Of a DNA stretch of 44,636 nt, positions 19,255 to 28,751 are shown in pieces. The first letter of the stretch is position 1; every line of letters starts with the position of its first letter. Origin of the DNA: a virus (taxonomy: Duplodnaviria; Caudoviricetes); IMG/VR virus record IMGVR_UViG_3300048851_000238, positions 1-44,636 of that record. One strand, 5' to 3'. The notes beneath the pieces are model-generated. The model made no database searches and had not been told where the DNA came from. It saw only the letters and a program-made list of their open reading frames with translations. The position numbers were made by a program, and so were the translations under genes.

Positions 19255-19715
19255 GCTGCTTCCACCGGGTCTTCCGCCCCAGCGCCAGCAGCAACACCAC
19301 TCAACTCGAAGACCTTTCCGACGAGTCGGTCGTGCACAGGACTGAAGGCTGAAGCCACAGCCGGTACGTCGTCGTCAGTGAACACACGTTCGTTGTTTGC
19401 ATCAAGCAACGAACGCACAAGGACGAAGGCGTAAAGTGGGGAGGATTGAATCTCCACCGGCGCCTCGGTTGCGCTCTCATCTTCATCCTCGATAACTGGT
19501 CGCTGAGCTGGCAGCCCGGATTCCATTCGCGCCTCCGCTACGGCCAGCGCTGCACGACGACGGTATTCCACCCAGTCGCCAGCACTCAGTGCTCTGATGA
19601 CCACCTTTGCGCCGTCCCACTCGTTAACGGTCAGGCTTTCGTGCTTGAAGTTGCGCACCGGATCCAGTGCCATGGAGCGCAGATCCAGCGAAACCTCACT
19701 CTTCGCCCGGGCCAT
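19242..19715 (-). CDS. Tail assembly chaperone G
   Basis: V.EW.GAKV.IRALS; position after the major tail gene. Confidence 0.85.
   Translation of the reverse strand: MARAKSEVSLDLRSMALDPVRNFKHESLTVNEWDGAKVVIRALSAGDWVEYRRRAALAVAEARMESGLPAQRPVIEDEDESATEAPVEIQSSPLYAFVLVRSLLDANNERVFTDDDVPAVASAFSPVHDRLVGKVFELSGVAAGAGAEDPVEAAGND
19248..19254 (-). other. Programmed -1 ribosomal frameshift site G GGA AAC
   Basis: Minus strand GCG GGA AAC GAT TAA; X XXY YYZ heptamer at the end of the G-like gene, as in lambda/HK97. Confidence 0.85.
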
Positions 19716-20185
19716 TAAGGCGTCACCGGAGCAAGGTCGAAGGACACAGCACCAGTGATGCGCACGTTAAACGTACCGTTCACGGTGCCATTCGGCGCTG
19801 CGTCCCAGGTGAACTGAGTAACCAGTCCAAGGAAGCTCGATTCCGAACCATCCTTGAATACAGACTTGAAAGCACGCGGCTCGCCGTCGTCACGAGCGGT
19901 ACGCAGAACGGTCTGCGCTTCGTCATCCGCTTTCCAGTTGCCGGACATGCTGAATGTGCCGTTGTCCGCCAAGCCCACAGTGAATTCTTTGGCCTCACTG
20001 GCAAGCACTGTGACTTCAATTTCGTCCGACTGGCCGCCTTGGAACTGTGGCTGCTTGATCGTGACGGAGAGGTCAGCCCAAGTCAGGTCGTCGGCTTTGG
20101 GGTCAATGGTGGTGAGCTTGGAAACGCTGAGAGCGGTGCCCTGCGTTTTGACGAACTTGGCTTTCGTTGGAGTTTGAACGGCCAT
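19715..20185 (-). CDS. Major tail tube protein
   Basis: GGQSDEIEVT.L...KEF..GLAD.G. Confidence 0.9.
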   Translation of the reverse strand: MAVQTPTKAKFVKTQGTALSVSKLTTIDPKADDLTWADLSVTIKQPQFQGGQSDEIEVTVLASEAKEFTVGLADNGTFSMSGNWKADDEAQTVLRTARDDGEPRAFKSVFKDGSESSFLGLVTQFTWDAAPNGTVNGTFNVRITGAVSFDLAPVTP

Positions 20186-20193
20186 GTGGCCTC

Positions 20194-20541
20194 CTATGGT
20201 TGCAGGGTGTATTCCCAGCTCACGCTGTGAAGTTTTGTGTCGCTTTCAAATGCGTCTGGCAGGCGATCCGCGCTGCCGGTGGTGAAGTCTTCGCCGTCTG
20301 TGGTCATCGCGATGAACGCTTCTCCAGCCAGTGCCAGTGCTTGCAGGTAGCTTTCGCCCCAAGCGTCTATCTGGATACTCATATCGCTGTAGCCGTCCCA
20401 TCCGAACAGCGTAAAACCGGTGGTCCCGCTGACCGTTTGGATAATCAGCCGGGGATGCGCCGCGTCCTCTGGAGCAATCCCGAAGTACACGCGCCCGTCG
20501 ACCAGAGGCGAAAGCCTGTCGATGAGGTATTTCTCGATCAT
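20194..20541 (-). CDS. Tail terminator (DUF3168-like)
   Basis: GRVYF..AP...QIDAWG; synteny. Confidence 0.85.
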   Translation of the reverse strand: MIEKYLIDRLSPLVDGRVYFGIAPEDAAHPRLIIQTVSGTTGFTLFGWDGYSDMSIQIDAWGESYLQALALAGEAFIAMTTDGEDFTTGSADRLPDAFESDTKLHSVSWEYTLQP

Positions 20542-20546
20542 TGGAT

Positions 20547-21017
20547 TTACCGGGTGATAGCGTTGTCGATGCCTTCCGCCAGCCTGTCAGCTACGACCTT
20601 TTCAATCTCAGGCAGACTTCCATCCCAGGCGGGGCGAATGAACGGGTGAGCCCGCATCTTCGAGGTACCCAGCTCCAAAAACTTCCAGTAGAACGGTGCG
20701 TCCCACTGAGTTTTCTGTGTGCGGCCTTTTTTCCCTGGCCGTTTCAGGGTTTTGGTTTGCTTGCCGGATGGTTTCTTCACCCTAATACCGGCGGTGGCAC
20801 CACCAGGCGTGTCGGATTGTTTGAGCCGGACAGCAATGATGTTTTTCTTCAGCTTGCCGGTGCGTACCGGTGCCGAATTTCGCGCTTTATCCCGAGCTAC
20901 CCTGGCACCAGCCAACACCGCGTCCCGGACGATTTTGCCTCCAGCAGACTTCGCCAAACGCTCAAAGTCGGCCTGCAGATCGCCCAAGCCCAGAACAGTC
21001 AGGGATCCGTTACTCAT
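20547..21017 (-). CDS. HK97 gp10-like tail completion protein
   Basis: APVRTGKL; FYWKFLELGTSKM.AHPFIRPA. Confidence 0.9.
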   Translation of the reverse strand: MSNGSLTVLGLGDLQADFERLAKSAGGKIVRDAVLAGARVARDKARNSAPVRTGKLKKNIIAVRLKQSDTPGGATAGIRVKKPSGKQTKTLKRPGKKGRTQKTQWDAPFYWKFLELGTSKMRAHPFIRPAWDGSLPEIEKVVADRLAEGIDNAITR

Positions 21018-21337
21018 TTTGGCTTCACCGTCTTACACATCAGCTTGAGCATGTCCCGCTGGTTGTTGGCCAGTGGCGCGATGATTTCGTAAGTAGTCCC
21101 GTCCCTGTCGACCAGATGCTGCCCCGCCTCCACATCCTTGAGGTAACGGATGTTGATTTCGGCATTAACCGTAACCTGCATCTGTGACGCCGCCTCGTAC
21201 ACACGTCCGGAGGGAATGTTTATTTCCGCCCAAAGCTTTCCGAGGTCGCCCCAAACTTTGGAGGGCTGGCCCAAGGCATCCTTGCCCTCGATGTAGCCGC
21301 GGCGCATGCAGCGGTGGCGCAAAGGACCGGCTCTCAT
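21014..21337 (-). CDS. Head closure / head-tail adaptor
   Basis: MRAGPLRHR...D.LGQP...WAEI...G...IRY. Confidence 0.9.
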   Translation of the reverse strand: MRAGPLRHRCMRRGYIEGKDALGQPSKVWGDLGKLWAEINIPSGRVYEAASQMQVTVNAEINIRYLKDVEAGQHLVDRDGTTYEIIAPLANNQRDMLKLMCKTVKPK

Positions 21338-21636
21338 CAGTAGCGCTTCCTGTACATGAGCAGCCGCTCAACAGCCAGCGGCACTACGGTTAAAGTACTG
21401 CCCAGCGCAACACCTTCCCGGTTGGCGAACCAGTGACCCACCAAAAGCAAGATGGCCTGTTCCACATCTGGGGTAACTCCCATCTGAGCAGGCTCAACCG
21501 GTGCCGCATCGACCAGCTCCCTGTCGCAGTGCATAGCCACGTGAGACTTGGCTGCCTCGATGTAGCCGCCAATGAGCAAATCCTCCTCATCGCCGTCCAC
21601 TCGCAGGTGGATCTTCACGCGCGCCAGGTCGATCAT
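21337..21636 (-). CDS. Head-tail connector (gp6-like)
   Basis: VK.HLRVD..EED; QAILLLVGHWFANRE. Confidence 0.9.
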   Translation of the reverse strand: MIDLARVKIHLRVDGDEEDLLIGGYIEAAKSHVAMHCDRELVDAAPVEPAQMGVTPDVEQAILLLVGHWFANREGVALGSTLTVVPLAVERLLMYRKRY

Positions 21637-21981
21637 TTACTTGGTCTCTTTGGCGGCAGCCTTATCAGCAGCGGACTTATCCGCCAACGCCTTGTCGGCT
21701 GCTTCCTTATCGGATGCTGCTTTATGCGCAGCAGCTTTGTCGGCGGCAGCCTTATCAGCAGCGGACTTATCCTCCTTTGGCGCGGCTGATTTATTTTCAT
21801 CTGGCTTTGCCACTTGAGGCTTGCCTTTGGCGTCGAGCTCGACAGCAAGACCTTTGCCGATCAAGGCGTGGGCATATTCGTCCTCGACGTCGTCGAACAC
21901 CTGCCCCGCCTTTACCGAAGTGGTCGCTGAACCCAACAGCAATGCGTTGCCAACAAAACCCCAAATCACTTTGACTTTCAT
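21637..21981 (-). CDS. Small post-capsid protein with C-terminal (AADK)-type repeats
   Basis: 114-aa ORF with GGAGG RBS; ...DKSAADKAAADKAAAHKAASDKEAADKALADKSAADKAAAK. Confidence 0.75.
   Translation of the reverse strand: MKVKVIWGFVGNALLLGSATTSVKAGQVFDDVEDEYAHALIGKGLAVELDAKGKPQVAKPDENKSAAPKEDKSAADKAAADKAAAHKAASDKEAADKALADKSAADKAAAKETK
21655..21770. repeat. Degenerate 15-bp tandem repeat encoding pentapeptide DK(A/S)AA
   Basis: GGCGGCAGCCTTATCAGCAGCGGACTTATCC occurs twice, with degenerate units between. Confidence 0.8.
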
Positions 21982-22040
21982 GTTGCCTCCTGAAACGAAA
22001 AGGCCGGCACAGGGGCCGACCTTCGAACGGTTGGGGTGAA

Positions 22041-23243
22041 TTACAGCGAAGAGGCGAAGCGGCCCTTGACCAAGCCTTCGCGGCGGCGCACGCCGAGGCC
22101 GAGGCGCTCTTCAACCAGCAGCGCGCGCTCGTTCCTGATGAACTGATCGTTGATCAGGCCCATCTTGAACAAGAACGACATGCGGTCGAACAGCACGGAC
22201 GAACGCGCGAAGTTCGCCACCAGGAACTCACCGCCGGTATCTGCATCACCTTCGTCGACACTGTCGGAAGTGACTACCGGACGGCCCCAGAGAACCGGGG
22301 TAACCAGGCCTTGAAGGTTCGCGAACAGGTAGCGGTTCTCACCGTCCTTCTGCAGCTCGATGTTCATCCAGTCGAGCTCGGTCATCACGATGCCGTCAGC
22401 GGACAGCATCGACTGCTTGCGAACCTGGTAGATCGCACGACGTACCATGTCGATGGCTGTGTCGCCCGTCTTCGTCAGCAAGGCGTCATAGACGGTGGCC
22501 TGGGTCATCAGGCCGTTCAGGTTCTCACCGGTGCCATCGCCCTTCAGGATCTGCCGCTCTTCCTCAAGCTTGAGGTCGTAGCGCAGCAACTCCTGCAGGT
22601 AGGCCATCAGCTGCGGCACATCATCGAGCGCCTCATCGGTCACCGGCATCCAGACGGCGATCTTCTTGACGCGGTCGGTTTCAGTGGTAAACGTCACATT
22701 GCTGGTTGGCTTCAGACCACCTTCCGCAACCGGCGCCGCGCCGCGGGTGTGCAGATTTTCGCGGAAGTAGGTGTAGTTCTGGCCAGACACTGGCACGGTG
22801 GTCAGTAGGTCGCGGATGCGCAGCTCTTGGCGGATGCCGGGCTGAATGACCGGGTCATAGTTCGGCGCAACGATGCCAGCGCTGGTGACCTTCATTTCCT
22901 TCATGCTGGCCATGTCAGACTTGGTCACTTCAATGTCTGCCAGGGAAACATTCTTGGCCTGCAACGATTTGTAGGCCTCATCGCTTTTCACCAGGTCGAT
23001 GAAGCTCTTGGCTTCGCCGGGTTGGCTGCGCAGCTTGATGCCCTTCTCTTCCAGCTTCTGTACCTGCTCGATGACTCGCTCGATCTCGCCCTTTTGGTTT
23101 TCGATCTGCGACTTCATTTCGCTGGTGACGACGTTGCCTTTTTGCAACTCATCAGCAACCGCGTCGTACTTCTTCTGCAAGCCGCCGAAGCCATCTTTGA
23201 GTTGGGCTTCGAGCGAACTTTTAATCTCTGCTACATCGGTCAT
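22041..23243 (-). CDS. Major capsid protein, HK97 family
   Basis: Coiled-coil delta domain; VAEG..KP; EE.QIL.GDG.G.NL.G; LWGRPVV. Confidence 0.95.
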   Translation of the reverse strand: MTDVAEIKSSLEAQLKDGFGGLQKKYDAVADELQKGNVVTSEMKSQIENQKGEIERVIEQVQKLEEKGIKLRSQPGEAKSFIDLVKSDEAYKSLQAKNVSLADIEVTKSDMASMKEMKVTSAGIVAPNYDPVIQPGIRQELRIRDLLTTVPVSGQNYTYFRENLHTRGAAPVAEGGLKPTSNVTFTTETDRVKKIAVWMPVTDEALDDVPQLMAYLQELLRYDLKLEEERQILKGDGTGENLNGLMTQATVYDALLTKTGDTAIDMVRRAIYQVRKQSMLSADGIVMTELDWMNIELQKDGENRYLFANLQGLVTPVLWGRPVVTSDSVDEGDADTGGEFLVANFARSSVLFDRMSFLFKMGLINDQFIRNERALLVEERLGLGVRRREGLVKGRFASSL

Positions 23244-23884
23244 GGCGACACCTTAAAAAAATTATCAAAAGTGGTGGAGAGTGATTTCAGCCCTTCCACG
23301 ATCGCCGTGGCCTCAGTTCCACCATCACGGTGCACTGCGGAGTAGCCGAGCGAGGCGACTGCTGCCGCCTCCTTCTGAGAAAGGCCCATGCGATCGCGCA
23401 AGGCCTTTTCAAAAATTCTGATATCCGACTTCACGTCGGTAACCTGCGCCTCTGGATTCATGCCGAAAGGCACAAGCGAGGCCTCCCAGAGTTCAGCCTG
23501 CTTGATGATCCGAATGCTTCGGCCTTCGCGCTCTTCGTATGCCGCCAGAATCGTGTTGAACCCGATAGACATACTGTCGAGCGTGCCTTCCTTCATTAGC
23601 TCGTAAGCGTCACGCGCGTAGCTCACCGCCAGGTTGACCTTGCCTTTGATGTAGAGACCATGGCTGTCTTGGGTGAAATCTGCGGACCCTACAAGGCGGG
23701 TCAGGTCGTGGAACAGGGCCAACTTCAGTCGCCCAGCCCGCGTTGTTTTCACTTTGACAAATGCACCCGGGAGAATCACGTCGTCGCCCAGATCGACATT
23801 GTTGAACACTGCGGCGTAGCCTTCGAAGTTGCCCAGGTCGTCGCTGGCTTTGACCTCAAACGGGACTTCAATCTTGCTTAGCAT
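23240..23884 (-). CDS. Prohead protease (HK97 family)
   Basis: FEGYAAVF...D.ILPGAF; SIGF; LWEASLVPFGMN. Confidence 0.92.
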   Translation of the reverse strand: MLSKIEVPFEVKASDDLGNFEGYAAVFNNVDLGDDVILPGAFVKVKTTRAGRLKLALFHDLTRLVGSADFTQDSHGLYIKGKVNLAVSYARDAYELMKEGTLDSMSIGFNTILAAYEEREGRSIRIIKQAELWEASLVPFGMNPEAQVTDVKSDIRIFEKALRDRMGLSQKEAAAVASLGYSAVHRDGGTEATAIVEGLKSLSTTFDNFFKVSP

Positions 23885-25082
23885 TGGTCTGCATCTCCCA
23901 CCGGGTGACCCGGTCGTATTCTTCGCCAGGCAGGCGGGGCTCGTTTTCTTTCTCACGAACGGCATTGATGCTCAGCCAGCCGGAACCACCGGATCCGCCC
24001 AGCGCCGCTTTGTAGTAAGCCGCTCGTCCCGCGCTATCTGCGCGCAGCAGTCCCTCCACAATGAACTCCACAAACTGGGGTTTATCGCGAAAAAGCTTGT
24101 CGTTGATTTCATCCTCGATTGCGTCGAGGTAGGGCTTGAGGCCGAAGGTCACGTAGCCGCTGGTTTGTTGTTCCAGGTTCGAGCCCATGATTGAGGTCTT
24201 ACCAGCGCGGTTGGCCAGGTACAGAGGAACACCGTAGCAACCGGCAATCGCCTCCTCCTGAAACTGCTGAGATTCAATGAACTGACTGTCCTTCTGACTT
24301 AGCCCGGCAGGCACGATCTTTGGGCCACCTTGCAAAATCCCCATTGAGCCGATGTCGTTGATGTCGCCTTTTCGGACATCGGGAAACTTCGCCATGATTT
24401 GTTCCTGTTGAGCCTTGGTCAGGAACTGGTCATAGATAACGTAGCCACCGGTAAAACCGCCTTTGCGCATAAACATCGCAGACCAGTTTTGAGCCGTTTT
24501 GGCGAGTCCCATCGTTTCCGCTTGATACTCAACTGGCGACAGTCCGTTGATGCCGTCCATGCTGAACAGCTTGAAGTGCAGCATGTTCTCCGGCGATACC
24601 GGGAAACGCTTCCCTCCGATCGTGACCCAGTAGATTAAGTCCTCGGAGGTATCAACCTGGACGTTGTCAGCGCTTACCGGGATGAACCCGATCCAGTCAC
24701 CGTTATCGGCGCGCTCAATGATGCTGTACGCATTCCCCCGCAGTGCCATGTTCACCACGGCACATTTGAGGAAGTTGAGCTTAGTCATGTATGGGTTCGG
24801 CTTTCGCAGCACCCTGGCCTGGCGTGATTTGGTATCTGCCAGTACGCGCCCAGCGGCCGTGTCCTCAAATATCTTGAGTGGCAATCCCGCTGCGGACTCA
24901 CTGAGAATCTTCACGCACGCCCAGACAATCGGGATGGTGATCGCTGTCTGTGCGGTAACCTTCACGCCAGACTTTGTATGTTTTCCACCGGCCACCATAT
25001 CGACCTCAACGTACTCGCCAGTCGCGGGATCGTTGTAGCCGAACATGCGCCATGACAGCGGGTTGTACCAACGAGATGCCAT
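23868..25082 (-). CDS. Portal protein (HK97 family)
   Basis: VWACV..LS...A.LP; PN.YMT; GLSP; LLRAD...R. Confidence 0.93.
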   Translation of the reverse strand: MASRWYNPLSWRMFGYNDPATGEYVEVDMVAGGKHTKSGVKVTAQTAITIPIVWACVKILSESAAGLPLKIFEDTAAGRVLADTKSRQARVLRKPNPYMTKLNFLKCAVVNMALRGNAYSIIERADNGDWIGFIPVSADNVQVDTSEDLIYWVTIGGKRFPVSPENMLHFKLFSMDGINGLSPVEYQAETMGLAKTAQNWSAMFMRKGGFTGGYVIYDQFLTKAQQEQIMAKFPDVRKGDINDIGSMGILQGGPKIVPAGLSQKDSQFIESQQFQEEAIAGCYGVPLYLANRAGKTSIMGSNLEQQTSGYVTFGLKPYLDAIEDEINDKLFRDKPQFVEFIVEGLLRADSAGRAAYYKAALGGSGGSGWLSINAVREKENEPRLPGEEYDRVTRWEMQTNAKQD

Positions 25083-25089
25083 ATTCAGC

Positions 25090-26787
25090 CTATGAGTTCG
25101 AGCCGACGAGTCCGAAGAATCCATCAGCCAGGTAATTGTCGAGCCCGCTCTGGGCCTGGGGATTGAGCGACAACAGAGAGATGGCATTGAAGGCCGCCAT
25201 CAATGGGTCAATCTTCGCCAGACCTGACGCTTGTTTGGTGATGAGGATTGCGTTGCCTGCGGGAACTACCCGGGCGTTTCCGCAACACCAGGCCATCATC
25301 GGCTGGCCGCCATGGATGAGGCCGCCCTCAGCGAGCTTTCGCTCGGTGGTCTTGATCGCACCGTTTAGCTGCCAGCCCTGGCGGATGCCGATGATCTTTT
25401 CTTCTGGGATTCCAACTTCGGCCAGCGCGTCCAAAATGGCGCCGATGCCCGATGGGTCTAAACCGACCTTGTCGAGCAGGCCAGCCGCCTCCACCCTTGC
25501 TACCAGCTCGGCGACCTCTTGCACGTCTTCGCCTATGGACTCCACCAGCGTTAAATCACCATCCCCAGAGAAGTCTAGAAAACGTGAGGCTTCACTTTTG
25601 CGCCGCTCCAGCACGGAAGGGTGAGCCCAGGCATGTGTCCACAGCAGCCATTGGCGGGTTAGCTTGTCTCGACCAGCAACGGCGAACCCTAGCAAGTCAT
25701 CCAAGCCGCCACCGTCGATACCTACATCGACCACCTCGGACCGATCGATTAATTGATCGAAGGTCAATCCTTCTGGCGCAGCCTGGGCTTCCCAGAATTC
25801 AGCGCCCGCCCAACGGTCAGAACGAAGATCGAGGCCAATCTCTACATTGAGGTGCTTCGCGAGAAACCCACGAATTGCGCCCTCGCCCTCCGCTTGAGCT
25901 TCCTGATATTTCTGTTCAATAACCTGCTGGTCAACGGAAAGCCCCCAGTTCGGATTGGTGACGTGTGCATTAGCCAGGTCACGGTGCTCTCCCAGCTTGA
26001 TCATTTCTTTCGGGAACTCGTAAATCACCGGAAGAAAGCGAAGATCCGTGATCTTTCCGTCGCGAACATTTCGGGCGTAGTCGAGTTTGGCCTTGAACAC
26101 ACCCGCGGGCGGCTCGTCGGATTGAGTTGTGCAATAGAAAACGAAGCCTTCAGGTCTAGATGTCAGGCCGCCAGTTGCTTCCAGGAGCATCTTGGCGGAC
26201 TTGGCCTGTTTGCCAAATTCCCATAGCTCGTCAATGAATACGCCGGTAGCCTTCTTCCCGGTGACCGTCGCAGAGTCCGCGGCGACAACTTTCAAATTCG
26301 CCTTGTTCAGGTGGTCCGTAACGATCCTGTTGTATTCCTGAACGTGGAACCTGGCCTTAAGATCCTCGTCGGCATCGATCATGTCCCTGATCGGCTTAAA
26401 AGCGTTGTCGGCAGCCTCTTTAGTAGGAGCCAGAATCAGAAACTCGCCGGACGGGCGAGTATTCAAGATCAGCGCGGTTAGCATGATCCCAGCTGCGATT
26501 GTGCTCTTGCCGTTCTTCTTACTGACCATCAGGAAATAGTTTGTGACCAGCCGACGCCCAGCCTCCGCGTCGTACGCGCCGAACAGCGCGGCTACTAGAT
26601 CGAGAACCCACGCCCGACATGTATCAGCCATCAACGGGCTGCCGTCAGCATCGACCATGCGGAGGTTCCCGAACACGTCGAGCGCATCCTCTGCCTGCTC
26701 AGGGAAGATTGGAGCTAACGGGACCAGCGACTGACCGTGGACGATGCGGTCTTCCCAATCTGGGCAAGCGGTGGTCCAAGTTTTCAT
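25090..26787 (-). CDS. terL: Terminase large subunit
   Basis: Walker A KKNGKST, Walker B FIDELW, DGGGLDDL nuclease motif, KIDP. Confidence 0.95.
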   Translation of the reverse strand: MKTWTTACPDWEDRIVHGQSLVPLAPIFPEQAEDALDVFGNLRMVDADGSPLMADTCRAWVLDLVAALFGAYDAEAGRRLVTNYFLMVSKKNGKSTIAAGIMLTALILNTRPSGEFLILAPTKEAADNAFKPIRDMIDADEDLKARFHVQEYNRIVTDHLNKANLKVVAADSATVTGKKATGVFIDELWEFGKQAKSAKMLLEATGGLTSRPEGFVFYCTTQSDEPPAGVFKAKLDYARNVRDGKITDLRFLPVIYEFPKEMIKLGEHRDLANAHVTNPNWGLSVDQQVIEQKYQEAQAEGEGAIRGFLAKHLNVEIGLDLRSDRWAGAEFWEAQAAPEGLTFDQLIDRSEVVDVGIDGGGLDDLLGFAVAGRDKLTRQWLLWTHAWAHPSVLERRKSEASRFLDFSGDGDLTLVESIGEDVQEVAELVARVEAAGLLDKVGLDPSGIGAILDALAEVGIPEEKIIGIRQGWQLNGAIKTTERKLAEGGLIHGGQPMMAWCCGNARVVPAGNAILITKQASGLAKIDPLMAAFNAISLLSLNPQAQSGLDNYLADGFFGLVGSNS

Positions 26788-27254
26788 TTAACGGCCTTCA
26801 GGTGACGTTCGCGCAGGCCGAACCGGCTGCTTGCTCCAACCTTTGCGGCATCCTCGATCTTCTGTTCTTTCTTCCCCATGCCGGACTTCTTACCGTGAAA
26901 GTACGGAAGTGCCGACTGTGCCGCGTTACGGCGGTCGAAGATTTTCGCCTTGGGTTCATTCATCAGAGCCAGCAGCCATTCGAGCGGGTCATTCGTGTCG
27001 GGCAGCCCAGTCAAGTCCTCTCCGTCGCCATCCACTTGTCCATCGGCTGGTTCGGTTGCAGCTGATGAGCCTTTAACATTCTGGCCGGCCTTTAACTTCT
27101 CCAAGGCAGCAACAACATCAGGATCCTTGGCAAGCCTCGACCCAGCCGCCGAAGCGCTGGCGGCCGCGTATCCAGCGGCCTCCGCCGCTTCTCGATTCGA
27201 GGCACCATCAGCCTTTGCTTCGACAAAACGGCGCTTTTTGTTTGTTAACGCCAT
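26784..27254 (-). CDS. terS: Terminase small subunit
   Basis: LT.KKRRF....A.G.S..EAA..AGY HTH; coupled to terL. Confidence 0.88.
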   Translation of the reverse strand: MALTNKKRRFVEAKADGASNREAAEAAGYAAASASAAGSRLAKDPDVVAALEKLKAGQNVKGSSAATEPADGQVDGDGEDLTGLPDTNDPLEWLLALMNEPKAKIFDRRNAAQSALPYFHGKKSGMGKKEQKIEDAAKVGASSRFGLRERHLKAVK

Positions 27255-27269
27255 TAACAAAAACCTTTA

Positions 27270-27350
27270 AAAAGGGGAAAAAAATCGCGCGTGAGAGGGG
27301 GAGTGGTCTGGGGAACAGTCGATCCCCACATTTTGACCGCCCCTACCCTT
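27270..27350 (-). other. Probable cos region
   Basis: Intergenic between HNH and terS; G-run GGGTAGGGGCGGTCAAAA, then C-rich AGACCACTCCCCCTCTCACGCGCG and a T-tract, as in HK97-like 3'-cos phages; exact cut site unknown. Confidence 0.5.
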
Positions 27351-27398
27351 CAGCACGGGGAGTTGACGTGCCACATCGCCATCCTGTGCGCAACCCTG

Positions 27399-27731
27399 TC
27401 AGGTTCCCTGCGCTTCCTCTCGCTGCTTCTTCGAGGAGTGGCAAGGTGCGCAAAGGCTCATCCACTGTGATCGGTCCCAGAAGATCGTCATGTCTCCACG
27501 GTGCGGGACGATGTGGTCAACCGTATTAGCTGCGGTCACCCTTCCCTCGCGCTGGCAGTACACACAGAGCGGGTGTTCATTGAGGTGGACAAGGCGAGCC
27601 TTCTGCCATTCGTAGTTGTAGCCACGCTGGCTTGATGTGGTCTTGGTGGAACGCCATGACCCAGGCGCCGCTGTTGCCAGCCTGCTGCCTTGGGTGGTGA
27701 CTCTGTTGCCAAGGGTCTGAAGTCGAGCCAT
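27399..27731 (-). CDS. HNH endonuclease (terminase cofactor, HK97 gp74-like)
   Basis: RGY..EW.KAR...L..HPLCVYC...VDHIVPHRGD...LC..CH..K. Confidence 0.92.
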   Translation of the reverse strand: MARLQTLGNRVTTQGSRLATAAPGSWRSTKTTSSQRGYNYEWQKARLVHLNEHPLCVYCQREGRVTAANTVDHIVPHRGDMTIFWDRSQWMSLCAPCHSSKKQREEAQGT

Positions 27732-27752
27732 CACCAACCTCCTACCGTCTTG

Positions 27753-27786
27753 GCGCCACGAATTGGCGTATCTGAATTTGTGGCGC
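27753..27786. repeat. 34-bp palindrome, copy 1 (GCGCCAC-N20-GTGGCGC)
   Basis: GCGCCACGAATTG-GCGTATCT-GAATTTGTGGCGC. Confidence 0.8.
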
Positions 27787-27791
27787 GAATA

Positions 27792-27861
27792 TGGAGCGGG
27801 TACAGGGAATCGAACCCTGATCAACAGCTTGGAAGGCTGTATAGCGACCGGCGCTACCCGC
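27792..27861 (-). tRNA. tRNA-Gly(TCC)-like gene with a shortened D-arm
   Basis: Acceptor GCGGGTA/TACCCGC-TCCA; anticodon arm ACAGC-CTTCCAA-GCTGT; T-arm CAGGG-TTCGATT-CCCTG; D region only 14 nt. Confidence 0.8.
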
Positions 27862-27864
27862 GGA

Positions 27865-28140
27865 TTATTTGCTCTTGCTGCGTACGATCTGGGCGTCTAC
27901 CTGATCGGCGCAGGTATCTAGCAGATTGACTGCCCGATCCTTCAGCGCCCACAGGTCGCCGTTCAGTGCCAGGTCGTCATCGCTCTGGCTGATACGCTCA
28001 CAAGGGATCAGCTCAGGGGGTTCCAGCCTTACCGCTGTTGTCTTTACTACCACTGGCTGCGGGCTTCCCGCGCAAGCCGTCAGGCAAAGGCTGATCAGCC
28101 CACTTGCGAACAGCCGGGCTCTTACGCTTGAGGTCTTCAA
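27865..28140 (-). CDS. o-spanin (Rz1-like lipoprotein)
   Basis: Lipobox LTAC, Pro-rich segment, C...C; overlaps the Rz 3' end. Confidence 0.85.
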   Translation of the reverse strand: MKTSSVRARLFASGLISLCLTACAGSPQPVVVKTTAVRLEPPELIPCERISQSDDDLALNGDLWALKDRAVNLLDTCADQVDAQIVRSKSK

Positions 28141-28402
28141 AGTCTTTCCTCGCCTTCAGGGCTTTCTGCTCACTGGCCTTGAGCCGTTGGTTGAGGTCTG
28201 CCAGGTACTTGGCGTTGCGCTCAGCCTCGCTTCTCAGCGTGGTGATGGTTGCCTGGCTTTCGGTGTTGGCCTTGACCGCGTCCTCTTTGCTCTTGGTTTC
28301 GATGCTCAGATCGCCCTGGAGGGCAACAAGGCGCGTCTGCTGAATGCCTACCATGAGCAGGGCAACGAGCACGATGATTGCCGCGGCAGCGAACGCTTTC
28401 AT
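28013..28402 (-). CDS. i-spanin (Rz/LysB-like)
   Basis: N-terminal TM, coiled coil, VRKWADQPLP. Confidence 0.85.
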   Translation of the reverse strand: MKAFAAAAIIVLVALLMVGIQQTRLVALQGDLSIETKSKEDAVKANTESQATITTLRSEAERNAKYLADLNQRLKASEQKALKARKDFEDLKRKSPAVRKWADQPLPDGLRGKPAASGSKDNSGKAGTP

Positions 28403-28713
28403 AATGAGTCAACCTTGCGCCCGATGAACCGGGTCACCAGCTCGCGGATCGCTGTTACGCCGAGGAATCCAATAAACCCGCCGGCAGCGACCGAAAGGTT
28501 CGAGGGCCACTCCATCCAGGCAATAACGCTACTGGCAGACAGGCTCAGGCCACCGCAGATCAGCGCCTCGAAGAGGATTCGCCGCTTGCTGGTTTCTTTG
28601 GCGTCGTAGAGCACTCGCAAGAGGGAGATGATGATCGCCATGATTGCGCCCTGCAGAAGCGGATTACCCATTGCCTCGACGAACTTGGCCCACGTATCTG
28701 GTTTATCGGGCAT
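28399..28713 (-). CDS. Holin, lambda family
   Basis: MPDKPDTWA...LRVLYD...EALICG...GGFIGFLGV; three TM segments. Confidence 0.9.
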   Translation of the reverse strand: MPDKPDTWAKFVEAMGNPLLQGAIMAIIISLLRVLYDAKETSKRRILFEALICGGLSLSASSVIAWMEWPSNLSVAAGGFIGFLGVTAIRELVTRFIGRKVDSL

Positions 28714-28751
28714 GGCTGGGCATCCGGTTTCCTCCCTCTCGGGGAGTGGAG

